Positions 23,745 through 33,346 of a DNA stretch of 44,431 nucleotides are shown piece by piece. Both the position numbers and the translations under genes were made by a program. Source of the stretch: an uncultured Candidatus Saccharibacteria bacterium (GTDB lineage Bacteria > Patescibacteriota > Minisyncoccia > Phycocordibacterales > UBA9973); contig CAZJJM010000001.1 in the NCBI GenBank assembly GCA_964546355.1, positions 1 to 44,431 of the forward strand, given 5' to 3'. Numbering within the stretch: the first letter of the stretch is position 1; the number at the start of each line of letters is the position of its first letter. The notes beneath the pieces were generated by a model. The model was given only the letters and a program-made list of their open reading frames with translations. It ran no database searches and was not told the origin of the DNA.

Positions 23745-25454
23745 TTATACAATATCAACGATTCTCAAACGCAACTCAGTCTTCCTCATAAAGGTCGAAG
23801 ATTCGACTCGAGCAATGAGATTTATTGGAGTACCTTCTTCGAGGAGTACATCGAAACTTTTTTCCGTTTTAAAAAACGCAATGGCTCTAAGTGTTCTTCC
23901 ATCTACATCAAAAGCGATTTCGAGGTGGTTTTTTTCTTTACCAAATCGCGCAACTTTTGTCGGTACGACTCCTGAAAAAAGAAATGTTGGCACAGGATTC
24001 CCTACTCCGCACGGAGAAAATTTTGTAAGTGTTTTGTACAACCGAAGTGTTACATCACCAAGTGACAACTCGGCATCGTATCCACTATTTTTAATTACTT
24101 CCACATCTTCTGATATTTCTTTCTTTTCATACAATGCGGTCAGTTGTGTTTCAAGGAAGTGCACTTGATCACGAGCAACGGTAAATCCTCCAGCAAGTTC
24201 ATGCCCGCCAAATTTCAACAACATCTCAGAGGGTAACGCTGTCATCAATGCGACCACATTATCACCTATTTGAGCTCGACACGATCCCTTGAATCCTTTT
24301 GTGCCGTTATCAATATCTTCATCGTCTTCATTTCCACCCCAGACAAAAACGGGGCATTTATGTGTATCCATTATTTTACTTGCAATGAGTCCAAGGACTC
24401 CAACATGCCACATAGGATTCCCAACAACAATCACTGGGCCGAGTGTTCGTGACTCAAGTGTTTTGTGTACTGTTCGCATACTATCAGTGACGAGTTTTTT
24501 TCGAGTATCATTGATGCGTGATAATTCTTTTGCATATGCACGTGCATCTTCGACAGAACGTGTGCGGAGTAAATCAAATGCCTTGTGTGGTGTGTCCATA
24601 CGTGACGCAGCGTTGAGTCTCGGCGCAAGGGTAAATGTGACATCTTCTTCATGAAGCGTTCGAGGATCAACACCTGCAAGTTTCCAGAGTTCTTGTAATC
24701 CAACACGTCCGTTTCTACGAAGCACTTGTAGTCCCGCAGACGCAAGCACCCTATTTTCATCTACAAGTGGCACCATATCAGAAAGCGTTCCAATGGCAAC
24801 CATATCAAGCAACCATCGCTCCCATCCAAGAGGCACTGAAAAGTATTCACCATATTTTGAAAGAAATGCACAGACACACTTGTATGCAACACCGGCACCA
24901 CACAGCATGCGGTCTGGATAATATGTTTCAGTACCATCAACATGCACTGTAGGTAATTTTGGATTTACGATTGCATACGCATGTGGAAGTATCTCTTGAG
25001 GGACGTGATGGTCAGTGATGATCACATCAATACCATGAGTTGTTGCATATGCGACTTCTAGGGCAGCAGTAATGCCAAGATCGACAGTAATAATAAGATT
25101 CACATTATGTTGTACGAGAATATCAATTGCAGGTTGATGTAATCCATACCCTTCTTCATGCCTGTCTGGAATATAAAATTCTACATTATCGTACCCAATC
25201 TTTTGAAAAAAATCATGGAAAATAACCGCACCCGGAATCCCATCACAATCATAATCACTATATACCGCAATACGCTCTTTTGCTTCAATTGCTTCAAATA
25301 TTCGCACAACGGATCGTTCCATACCAGAAAGAAGGAATGGATCATGGGTATGACGATCATATGATGGGTTCAGGAATATATCTTGCGCTTCTTTATCCGT
25401 AATACCTCTTTTTTCAAGAAGGATATCAATCAATGTCTGTGAATTAGTCTGCAT
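23745..25454 (-). CDS. recJ: Single-stranded-DNA-specific exonuclease RecJ
   Basis: Track ORF trimmed to ATG 25454 (MQTNSQTLIDILLEKRGI). DHH-family motifs SDYDCDGI, TVDLG, ITDHH. GGHELAGG in the DHHA1 region. Confidence 0.9.
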   Translation of the reverse strand: MQTNSQTLIDILLEKRGITDKEAQDIFLNPSYDRHTHDPFLLSGMERSVVRIFEAIEAKERIAVYSDYDCDGIPGAVIFHDFFQKIGYDNVEFYIPDRHEEGYGLHQPAIDILVQHNVNLIITVDLGITAALEVAYATTHGIDVIITDHHVPQEILPHAYAIVNPKLPTVHVDGTETYYPDRMLCGAGVAYKCVCAFLSKYGEYFSVPLGWERWLLDMVAIGTLSDMVPLVDENRVLASAGLQVLRRNGRVGLQELWKLAGVDPRTLHEEDVTFTLAPRLNAASRMDTPHKAFDLLRTRSVEDARAYAKELSRINDTRKKLVTDSMRTVHKTLESRTLGPVIVVGNPMWHVGVLGLIASKIMDTHKCPVFVWGGNEDDEDIDNGTKGFKGSCRAQIGDNVVALMTALPSEMLLKFGGHELAGGFTVARDQVHFLETQLTALYEKKEISEDVEVIKNSGYDAELSLGDVTLRLYKTLTKFSPCGVGNPVPTFLFSGVVPTKVARFGKEKNHLEIAFDVDGRTLRAIAFFKTEKSFDVLLEEGTPINLIARVESSTFMRKTELRLRIVDIV

Positions 25455-25530
25455 ATATGGCAAAAGTATAGCATGTTTTACTCGATGGCATTCAGTGCTA
25501 TACTGACACCAGAAATGTTCGTCTACACCT

Positions 25531-26337
25531 ATGCTCATACTTCAAAAACCAAAAATCTGTTTGGTCGAAATTCCCAACACAGACATCAGTGATGCAACCG
25601 AGTACATGGAGAAAAATCCTCTTCTCTCACTACAAGAAGAACCTTATGTCCCCCGAAATCGTAATTCAATCTTTCGCGTCAGGAGCACATTTGTAGAAAA
25701 GTACTTATATCCAGAACTTTTTCTCATGGAAGAACTGTCTAAACAAACAGTAGTCAGTCGCACAGATGCAGTTCTACTCAAGCTTGAATTAGGACTCATG
25801 CAACTTGCACGAGCAGAATTAAATCATGTTCAAGTTTTTTGTCCCAAAGAATACTTCTTACAAAGAATCAAGGAAACAACAAACAAAAACTTTAAGGCTC
25901 ACTATTTTGCATGCATTGCATTTTCTGACAGTTCTCCCAAAAAAGGACACGGGTTACTCTTTTTAAATTTCATAGAAAGCACACAAACTCTTTTTATGAC
26001 TGGCCATGAAGAATGGTTTTCTCCAACAAACACTTTTTTTCTTACTGGACGCATCTTTATGCGAAAATGGATTCAATCAGAGTGGAACAATCTACGTGGA
26101 CTGAAACATATCATGTCACACACGTATGAAAATGATTATTTCTACAAAGACTACAAACCCGTTTCGCACAAAATCCATTTTTTGTTTGCGCATGAAGAAA
26201 GACGATTATGTTTTTCCAGAATTCTTTCTTTAAGTTCTCAAAGTGTGCTCAAACATTTATATGAAAGAACATACAGTGAACATCACTATTGGAAAAAAGC
26301 ACTTGTTATTACAGAAATGGAAAGAAGGATGAAATGA
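25531..26337 (+). CDS. Hypothetical protein (268 aa)
   Basis: ATG-initiated ORF divergent from recJ, followed by a clean terminator. No recognisable motif. Confidence 0.5.
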   Translation: MLILQKPKICLVEIPNTDISDATEYMEKNPLLSLQEEPYVPRNRNSIFRVRSTFVEKYLYPELFLMEELSKQTVVSRTDAVLLKLELGLMQLARAELNHVQVFCPKEYFLQRIKETTNKNFKAHYFACIAFSDSSPKKGHGLLFLNFIESTQTLFMTGHEEWFSPTNTFFLTGRIFMRKWIQSEWNNLRGLKHIMSHTYENDYFYKDYKPVSHKIHFLFAHEERRLCFSRILSLSSQSVLKHLYERTYSEHHYWKKALVITEMERRMK

Positions 26338-26340
26338 ATG

Positions 26341-26367
26341 AAAGCCCCGCACAGACGGGGCTTTTTT
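26341..26367 (+). terminator. Intrinsic terminator (related to the 43-bp module family)
   Basis: aaagccccg-cacaga-cggggctttttt. The preceding aatgaaagccccgc resembles repeat copies A and B. Confidence 0.7.
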
Positions 26368-26397
26368 ATTACCAGATAATCCGTGTATACTATTCGT

Positions 26398-26796
26398 ATG
26401 GATACTATTTTTACAAAAATCATCAACAGAGACATTCCTGCAACGATTGTCTATGAAGATGATGAATCAATCGCTTTTCTTGACATAAACCCAGTTACAA
26501 AAGGACATACGCTTCTTATAACAAAAGAATCTTATCATTGGATTACGGATGTTCCAGACGAAATTCTAGAAAGAATGATTGTGAAATCGAAACATTTTAT
26601 ACAAGTAATGAAACAAAAGATACCCTGTGATTTTGTTCAAGTTGGTATTGTTGGAAACGAAGTTCCTCACTTTCACATACATCTTATTCCAAGACAATTA
26701 CACGAGGTGGTGACAAACACCAACAGACCTCATACGCCATATGAATCAAAAGAAGAGATGAGCGACTATGCTCAAAAGATTATTTCTGGATTATAA
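26398..26796 (+). CDS. HIT-family (histidine triad) nucleotide hydrolase
   Basis: IFTKIINRDIPA N-terminus and HFHIHLIP triad. Start at ATG 26398 (the track ORF begins at GTG 26383). Confidence 0.85.
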   Translation: MDTIFTKIINRDIPATIVYEDDESIAFLDINPVTKGHTLLITKESYHWITDVPDEILERMIVKSKHFIQVMKQKIPCDFVQVGIVGNEVPHFHIHLIPRQLHEVVTNTNRPHTPYESKEEMSDYAQKIISGL

Positions 26797-26842
26797 AAAT
26801 TTTTGTACAAACCCACGACACATTTACGTTTTTTCGCATAAT

Positions 26843-26922
26843 AAAAATCTCATATCATAGGTAGTGTGTCCGTACTGTTTGACGAAGGAGTTTACGGCAT
26901 ACTTCTGTGATATGAGATTTTT
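26843..26922. other. 80-nt extended hairpin between convergent HIT and pgk genes
   Basis: 15-bp perfect outer stem aaaaatctcatatca/tgatatgagattttt enclosing an imperfect inner helix (ccgta/tacgg). U tracts on both strands. Confidence 0.5.
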
Positions 26923-26954
26923 GAGAGAAAACGTATCGTGTCTTGATTTTTTGG

Positions 26955-26980
26955 ATACTTTTTTATCAAGAAAAAAGTAT
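26955..26980 (-). terminator. AT-only hairpin immediately downstream of pgk
   Basis: atactttttt-atcaag-aaaaaagtat (10-bp stem). Confidence 0.35.
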
Positions 26981-26990
26981 TATGATAAAT

Positions 26991-28124
26991 TTATCTCTCC
27001 AGTGCTTTAATTCCTGGAAGTGTCCCAGTCGCAAGGAAATCAATCGTCGCCCCACCGCCTGTTGAAACAAATCCAAATGATTTTTCTAGTTTCATTTTTG
27101 ATACAAGGGCAACAGTATCTCCCCCGCCAATGACACTGTATCCTTTTGACGAAGCAACTGTTTTCAAAAGCAGTTTTGTTGCTTTGTCATACCCAGCTTC
27201 ATACTTCCCAAGAGGGCCATTCCATACAATGGTCTTTGCTTTTTGTATGAGCGGAGCAATATCTGTAATAAAACTTGGTGCAATATCAACAATGGTGTCC
27301 GTTGATAGAACTTGAGAAATCGCAACTGCACGACTCTTACCTTCTTTATCTTCTACGATTACATCTTCTGGAAGGATAAGTTTTTTACTTTTAAGTATTT
27401 TTGAAAGATCAACACTCCCATCGTCTACAAGTGACTTACCGACTTCATACCCTCGTGCCTTAAGCAGTGAATTGAGCAATGCACCAGCCACAATAATATA
27501 ATCTGCTTTCTTTAGGTATTCTTTAATCAATGGGAGTTTTGTACTAAATTTCGCACCGCTCAATATTGCCACGAGTGGCGTCTTCGGATTCTGTGTTACT
27601 TTTTGCAAATGAGTAATTTCATTCATCAACTGTAAACCAACATATGGCGGAAGAAGTTTTGGAAGGAGTGTGACAGACGCATGTTTACGATGAGATACTG
27701 CAAAAGCATCATTCACATATATATCAGCGAGTCCAGCAAGTGCGAGCGCGAACACCTTGTTGTTTTCTGTTTCTCCTATTTCTTTGCGAATATTACCAAT
27801 CAAAAGAATATCACCATTTTTCATTGACTCAACATCAGAAATAACTGACTCTCCTACTACTTCATCAGTGTGTAGTATATTTGGAAACTTTTTTTTCAAA
27901 TACCATGCGATTGGCGAAAGAGATTCTGCCCCATCACCAAGATGAGACACCAACAACACTCGAGCGCCTTTTTTTACCAAGAATGTAATTGTCGGCAATG
28001 CAGCATCAATACGAAACGTATCAATAATTTTATTATTTTTTACAGGAACATTAAAATCCGTGCGAAGTAACACATACTTTCCTTTAATATCGCCAATATC
28101 TTTGATGGAATAGATTTTCTTCAT
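26991..28124 (-). CDS. pgk: Phosphoglycerate kinase
   Basis: 377-aa ORF with RTDFNVP, SHLG and STGGGA motifs. The start lies 2 nt after the tpiA stop. Confidence 0.95.
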   Translation of the reverse strand: MKKIYSIKDIGDIKGKYVLLRTDFNVPVKNNKIIDTFRIDAALPTITFLVKKGARVLLVSHLGDGAESLSPIAWYLKKKFPNILHTDEVVGESVISDVESMKNGDILLIGNIRKEIGETENNKVFALALAGLADIYVNDAFAVSHRKHASVTLLPKLLPPYVGLQLMNEITHLQKVTQNPKTPLVAILSGAKFSTKLPLIKEYLKKADYIIVAGALLNSLLKARGYEVGKSLVDDGSVDLSKILKSKKLILPEDVIVEDKEGKSRAVAISQVLSTDTIVDIAPSFITDIAPLIQKAKTIVWNGPLGKYEAGYDKATKLLLKTVASSKGYSVIGGGDTVALVSKMKLEKSFGFVSTGGGATIDFLATGTLPGIKALER

Positions 28125-28126
28125 AT

Positions 28127-28903
28127 TTATTTTAGATTATCTACCAATTGAATAATCTCACCAAATTTTTTACCAGAAAGACTTTCACGACCAACAAGAA
28201 GACCATCAACATGCCCAGCTTCGAGGAATGACGTGCAGTTTTTTGTATTCACAGATCCGCCATATATAACACGGACCACCGAAGCTGTTGCGGTGTCATA
28301 CAAGGTACTAATAACTCGCTTGATATAAATTGCCATTTCATCTGCTTCTTCTTTTGTCGCTTCTCGTGTTGCGTTTTTACCGATAGCCCAGACTGGTTCA
28401 TACGCAATCACAATATCTTTTATTGATTTCTTTGCAATACCAGAGAAGCACGCTTCGAGTTGTGTCTTGATAGCATGCAAATACCATCCTTCTGTATCTC
28501 GTATTTGTTCACCGACACACACTATTGGTTTCAATTCATGTTTGAGTACGGTCTTTAATTTCTTATTAATAACCGCGTCTGTCTCACCAAGTGCACGAAT
28601 TTCTGAGTGGCCGAGTAGCACATACTGTGCTTTGTATGACTTGATCATCGAAGCAGAAATTTGCCCAGTATACGAACCTTCTTCTTCCCAAAATATATTT
28701 TGTGCACCAAGTGTACATTTTTTGATCACCTCACCAGTAATCTCCCCAAGAAAAATAATCGGAGGAAATACAACTGTTTCTACTGTTCGTGTTTTTTGTG
28801 CATGCGATTTTATTTCTTTAAATGTTTTTTTTGCTTCCTTGTGAGAACTTGGGTTCATTTTCCAATTACCAGCGACAAGGAAAGATTTTTTAGTACGATT
28901 CAT
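28127..28903 (-). CDS. tpiA: Triosephosphate isomerase
   Basis: 258-aa ORF with VAGNWKMN, LLGHSE, YEPVWAIG and YGGSV motifs. Confidence 0.93.
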   Translation of the reverse strand: MNRTKKSFLVAGNWKMNPSSHKEAKKTFKEIKSHAQKTRTVETVVFPPIIFLGEITGEVIKKCTLGAQNIFWEEEGSYTGQISASMIKSYKAQYVLLGHSEIRALGETDAVINKKLKTVLKHELKPIVCVGEQIRDTEGWYLHAIKTQLEACFSGIAKKSIKDIVIAYEPVWAIGKNATREATKEEADEMAIYIKRVISTLYDTATASVVRVIYGGSVNTKNCTSFLEAGHVDGLLVGRESLSGKKFGEIIQLVDNLK

Positions 28904-28941
28904 GTATATAGTATATCAGTTCTCAATACAGAGAACCAAAT

Positions 28942-28968
28942 AAAAAAACCGCATTATGCGGTTTTTTT
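28942..28968 (-). terminator. Intrinsic terminator after the 990-aa surface-protein gene
   Basis: aaaaaaaccgca-tta-tgcggttttttt. Confidence 0.7.
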
Positions 28969-28975
28969 ATTATTT

Positions 28976-31948
28976 TTACTGCCAAGAAATTCTTACAGCA
29001 CCCATTTTACCTGTTGTTAGTTGTGGCAGATTGATAAAACCTGAACCGTTACCACCAACACTATGACCAGTACCCGTTGAATTTGACGGAGTCTTACCTA
29101 CACCTGATACACAGGTAAGTGTACCAGATGAACCAACTTGGCCACTACTACCACCTGTACCATAAAAATTACCAGCAGGAGCAGACTGGGCTCCATACCC
29201 AACACCAGGCATGTAAATTGATGCACCCTTACCACCACCATCGCCACCATTTGCAATGGTAGATATACTCGCAATCTGTACGATCGTATCTCCACCATCT
29301 TCACCCTTAGTAGTCGTCGGATAACCACTACCACTAGCACCAGCCAAACCACCTTGACCCATTGATATAAATGCTTGCATGATAGGAGAGGTAACAGTAT
29401 ACACATTTTGCGCATTTACATACTGACCAGCACCTCCACCTCCACCACAAACAGGATATCCATTTATATCAGAAGAAAATCCTCCACCTCCACCTCCACC
29501 TCCCCACGCCTCAACAGAGATAGTCGTGTTTACAGGAAGACCGATCGCTACCCCACTTGCATAGTTAAGATTATTCCATGTCCAGCTTCCAGATCCGTAC
29601 ACACTTGCTGTATCAGAGCTTGATTGACCAGTTGTGTTTGTACAACTTATTTTAAATATTGTTTGACCATAGGTAGTTATAACGACAGGAATACTTGCAC
29701 TAGCACTTGTTGGAGTAACTGTTCCATCCCAATCAGTAGAATCTCCCTGCTCAGTAGTTCTAGTACAATTCATACCTGCGGTAAAATTACCTATTGTATA
29801 TGAAACAGTTGTTGCTTTGTTTGGATTTACAGACCAACTATTTGGAAAAGTGTAGTGATTAGAAAAACTATTTGATGGCACACCAGTACTTGTAATATCA
29901 ACCACTGGAGTTGGTTGAATACATAATTTCAATCTACCATTAGTTTCTGCACACACAGCAACATTTCCAGCAGTATTCATAAGTGAAGCTGTTTGTATCC
30001 AACCACCGACAGATAGATTTCCTGTTGTAGTAATAGGACCATTTACTTGCAGAGAACCAACAATTTTAGTTCGTCCATCTCGAGTAAGTCCCATAGTTCC
30101 ATTTGCGCCACCAGGACCAGCGTGTGAAACAAATGAGTATGTCTCAGGTGCACCCTGTAATGGTGGAATACTAGACGCAGTAGAATCAATCACAGCCCAA
30201 CGACCTTGAGTATTAATATTACCTGTTTGAGAAATGTTTCCTTGGATAGAATGATTTCCTATTTGAGAAATAGTTCCATTAAGTATATAATCTCCTACTT
30301 GACCTGTATTACCTGTTATGTTCAGTTGAGCACTATTTGTACTGTTTCCGAGTGTCATTGTTGCACCAGGACCTTGCATTGTATAATCTCCACTTTGTAT
30401 TGTGTCACCTATTCTTTGAGAATCACCACTTTGATAATGATTACCGAAAAATGCTTGGCTTCCATTTACAGCCAAAGTACCTTCGACACGAGTTGTACCA
30501 TCAATACCTAGACCAAAACCTTTTAACGCACCGTTATTAAATTCGGCTGAAGCTTGAAATAGATCATTTGAACCAAGAAAATAACCTGGGAAAAGTGGAG
30601 AAAATGTTTGAGAAGAATAAATTGATCCTCCTACACGAACCTTTCCGTCTGCTCTAACAGCAATACCTCTTTTACTACCTCCAGTGCCAACAAATGTTTG
30701 GAAACTATCATCTGCACTAAAAGAGAACAATGGAGTTGCAGGAGTACCAGAAATACCCGCATGAGTAAACTTCGCACCATTAACAAGTGTGTTTCCATCT
30801 TTGTTAATAAAGAGACCAAGTGCAGGAGTACCTGGATTTATTTCTTTTGCTGCCTGGAAAATAGTATCTGTAGCATTATCCGCAAAGGGACGATTCACTT
30901 GAAAACTACTTACTGTATGCTTCACGAGAGGAGATTGCACCCAGTTTGTACCATCACTTCGAAGAATTTTATCAGCAGGAGATGCTGATGGTAACAATCC
31001 ACCAGTACCACCATCACCGTAGTAATTCACTTGAGCGATACCATCAGGACTGTTTTGAATATCCCAACCTGAACTACCATTGAAATTGAAATTAATGCCT
31101 TTAAAATTATTTCCTGCACCAACATTGATACCGTCTTTTTGAACAGTAAGTTTATTTACACCAACACTTACAATTCCACCATTGTTTGTTGCAGTGATAT
31201 TATCACCTACGAAGTTCACAGCGAGAGGTGCAGCAGAAACTTGAATACCATCTTTTTGAATAGCAGTTGGATTTGTAGGTGCGACATTTATCTTGACAAC
31301 ACCACCCACATTTTGAGCAGTAATATTGTTACCAGTGAAATCAAGCGCGAGTGGTGCGGCAGAAACTTGGATACCGTCTTTACGTATAGCGGTCGGAGTC
31401 GCAGGTGCAACAGAAATCGAAACACTATTACCTGACGGAGTGGTGGTGATGTTTGAACCAAGGAAGTTCAACGTAGTTGCAGGTGCAAGTACAGGCACAC
31501 CATCTTTTCTCACAACCACACCAGAAGTACCACCTGTTGCAGTTGATGAAACAACAGGATTTGCAGGATCAGTGTTGTCTACTGTCACGTTTGTACCAGC
31601 AACTACTGACTGTATACCGCCACCCGTACCACCCGCTGGCCACGATGTTATACAATTCTGATCTACACCATTTGCTGTTCCATTATTGAAACAGTATCGA
31701 TTTGCTGATATTGTTCCAAGAGATTTAATTGTTCCAAGAGATAGAATATAATTTGCAAATAAATTAATCACACCAAGATCGCCAGCTTTAATCTGGTATA
31801 TACCACCTACATTGACCGGCGCACTCACGTTGTTTCCTGGAGGATTTGCCGTTGGTCCTACCCACCCAGCAGCATGTATAGAAAATGGACTAGAGAGTAT
31901 ACCTAGCGTGATGATAAAGAGTGCGATGTTTTTAGTAATTGTTTTCAT
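28976..31948 (-). CDS. Giant secreted fibre-like surface protein with tandem repeats and a C-terminal glycine-rich domain
   Basis: Signal peptide (...SPFSIHAAG). WVGPTANPPGNNVSAPVNVG motif. Four tandem repeats of about 43 aa (xKDGxxV...LxFxGxNIT). Cys-containing Ig-like module (FKISCTNTTGQ). C-terminal AWGGGGGGGG...CGGGGGAG...GGDGGGKG...AVRISWQ. Confidence 0.7.
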   Translation of the reverse strand: MKTITKNIALFIITLGILSSPFSIHAAGWVGPTANPPGNNVSAPVNVGGIYQIKAGDLGVINLFANYILSLGTIKSLGTISANRYCFNNGTANGVDQNCITSWPAGGTGGGIQSVVAGTNVTVDNTDPANPVVSSTATGGTSGVVVRKDGVPVLAPATTLNFLGSNITTTPSGNSVSISVAPATPTAIRKDGIQVSAAPLALDFTGNNITAQNVGGVVKINVAPTNPTAIQKDGIQVSAAPLAVNFVGDNITATNNGGIVSVGVNKLTVQKDGINVGAGNNFKGINFNFNGSSGWDIQNSPDGIAQVNYYGDGGTGGLLPSASPADKILRSDGTNWVQSPLVKHTVSSFQVNRPFADNATDTIFQAAKEINPGTPALGLFINKDGNTLVNGAKFTHAGISGTPATPLFSFSADDSFQTFVGTGGSKRGIAVRADGKVRVGGSIYSSQTFSPLFPGYFLGSNDLFQASAEFNNGALKGFGLGIDGTTRVEGTLAVNGSQAFFGNHYQSGDSQRIGDTIQSGDYTMQGPGATMTLGNSTNSAQLNITGNTGQVGDYILNGTISQIGNHSIQGNISQTGNINTQGRWAVIDSTASSIPPLQGAPETYSFVSHAGPGGANGTMGLTRDGRTKIVGSLQVNGPITTTGNLSVGGWIQTASLMNTAGNVAVCAETNGRLKLCIQPTPVVDITSTGVPSNSFSNHYTFPNSWSVNPNKATTVSYTIGNFTAGMNCTRTTEQGDSTDWDGTVTPTSASASIPVVITTYGQTIFKISCTNTTGQSSSDTASVYGSGSWTWNNLNYASGVAIGLPVNTTISVEAWGGGGGGGGFSSDINGYPVCGGGGGAGQYVNAQNVYTVTSPIMQAFISMGQGGLAGASGSGYPTTTKGEDGGDTIVQIASISTIANGGDGGGKGASIYMPGVGYGAQSAPAGNFYGTGGSSGQVGSSGTLTCVSGVGKTPSNSTGTGHSVGGNGSGFINLPQLTTGKMGAVRISWQ
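31020..31520 (-). repeat. Four in-frame tandem repeats (about 130 nt each) within the 990-aa ORF
   Basis: Protein repeats RKDGVPVLAPATTLNFLGSNIT / RKDGIQVSAAPLALDFTGNNIT / QKDGIQVSAAPLAVNFVGDNIT / QKDGINVGAGNNFKGINFN. The boundaries are approximate. Confidence 0.7.
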
Positions 31949-32002
31949 GGTGTGTTTAATAATTGATGATAATAGTTATGTGATAAAATGATACCTATTT
32001 CC

Positions 32003-33337
32003 TTAAAACTCAAAGAAAAGGAATTTTCTTTTTGTTTTTGGCGTAGGAGGATTACCTTTACATTCATCGAGAACGTTTACTGTAGTTGATTCGATTGTAG
32101 TACCCTCATCGTTTGTACACTTAATAGAATATGTATAGGTACCTATCGCAGGTGGAGTGATTATTGCATTACCTGGAGAGGTTGTGGGAATAATCCCCAT
32201 AAAATCTGTATCGCACGAATCAGCATTCCCAATAGTCCAGTTAAGTATTACCGGGTCAGGGAATTCAACACATGCAAAAGGAGTAGAGATTTGAACGAGA
32301 GGAAGATCTGTGTTTACAAAACGTGTAATCTTAATAATATTACTTTGAATTGTTTCAACTACTCCACCATTTGCTGGGTTTGGCCACTTACAATCAATAC
32401 TATAACCAGTCACAGTAAATGGAACAAAAACGTTAGGTTGACCTGATGGTGGATTTGAGATATTGCCAGTAAACGGTGAGCTGGTAGTGACTACTTGACC
32501 TTGATCATCATAGGTATACGCTTGACAGCTTGTGAAGTTCAGATTCGAACTAAGGTTTGTCACACCATTTTCATCTACCGCATACCATGTGAGGTCTACA
32601 TAATAAGGTGCAGGCACGGTGAGTGTGTTCGCGTCAATCATGAGACTCGGCTTAGGTGTTGGAGTTTTTGCCACTACGACATACTTACTAAGTTTCATAT
32701 CAATCCAACCGATCACTCCATCGCCATCATTCTGAGAAGACCCCCACGCCCATTCTGTAAAAATAGAAGCGCGTCCAATAATTGATGGTGCTACAGTATA
32801 CCCAATGCCATCGTATGTATTTTGATCATACGTAAGAACGCCCGAATTAAATCTATCTATCATGTAATTAAATGCAATACAACCAGACCATCCACCAGAA
32901 ATAATGTTTGATTGATTACCAGAAAGAGCTCGAGCAAAACCTTTTATAACACCTGTTTGAAAATCAATCACTGGTCCAGGACCACATACTCTTACATCAC
33001 TATCATTGAAACTAATCCATCCGATATTTGGAGACCATGCATATCCAGACAAAGTACCAGTAGAAATAGCAGCATCAAAATTCCCAGCACCTAACTCTTG
33101 TCCAGGGGTAACAACAACTCCATATGTACTTGGTGCACAATTTGATCCGTCAGTAATACAACTGAAACTAATCCATCCGATAGTATCTGACCAGCCCCAA
33201 CCATTTATTGCACCATCAGGAGTAGTATTGATTGAAGGATTTTGTGCAGAAACAGTAGAAATACCAAAAAAGAACATCATGCTGAGAAGAGCAGAGAATG
33301 TTATTTTTTTCAAGGTATTGTTACAGTTTCTTTTCAT
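32003..33337 (-). CDS. Secreted protein with N-terminal W-rich (GW-I-x-F) repeats and C-terminal Ig-like modules
   Basis: Signal peptide. GWGWSDTIGWISFSC, GYAWSPNIGWISFND, GGWSGCIAFN and EWAWGSS..GVIGWIDMK repeats. LTW/LNW...C...YSIKCTNDEGT modules. Confidence 0.65.
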   Translation of the reverse strand: MKRNCNNTLKKITFSALLSMMFFFGISTVSAQNPSINTTPDGAINGWGWSDTIGWISFSCITDGSNCAPSTYGVVVTPGQELGAGNFDAAISTGTLSGYAWSPNIGWISFNDSDVRVCGPGPVIDFQTGVIKGFARALSGNQSNIISGGWSGCIAFNYMIDRFNSGVLTYDQNTYDGIGYTVAPSIIGRASIFTEWAWGSSQNDGDGVIGWIDMKLSKYVVVAKTPTPKPSLMIDANTLTVPAPYYVDLTWYAVDENGVTNLSSNLNFTSCQAYTYDDQGQVVTTSSPFTGNISNPPSGQPNVFVPFTVTGYSIDCKWPNPANGGVVETIQSNIIKITRFVNTDLPLVQISTPFACVEFPDPVILNWTIGNADSCDTDFMGIIPTTSPGNAIITPPAIGTYTYSIKCTNDEGTTIESTTVNVLDECKGNPPTPKTKRKFLFFEF

Positions 33338-33346
33338 ACAAAATGA

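Noticed and set aside
26843-26922. Possibility that the long hairpins (26843-26922 or 1767-1895) are the small SRP (4.5S) RNA.
   Set aside because: The conserved domain IV elements (GGAA-type tetraloop flanked by the AGGUCAGG / AGCAGC-like loops) are not present on either strand.
28976-31948. Diversity-generating retroelement targeting the C-terminus of the large surface proteins.
   Set aside because: I found no reverse-transcriptase ORF and no template/variable repeat pair (a near-identical non-coding copy of a C-terminal coding segment) in the window.
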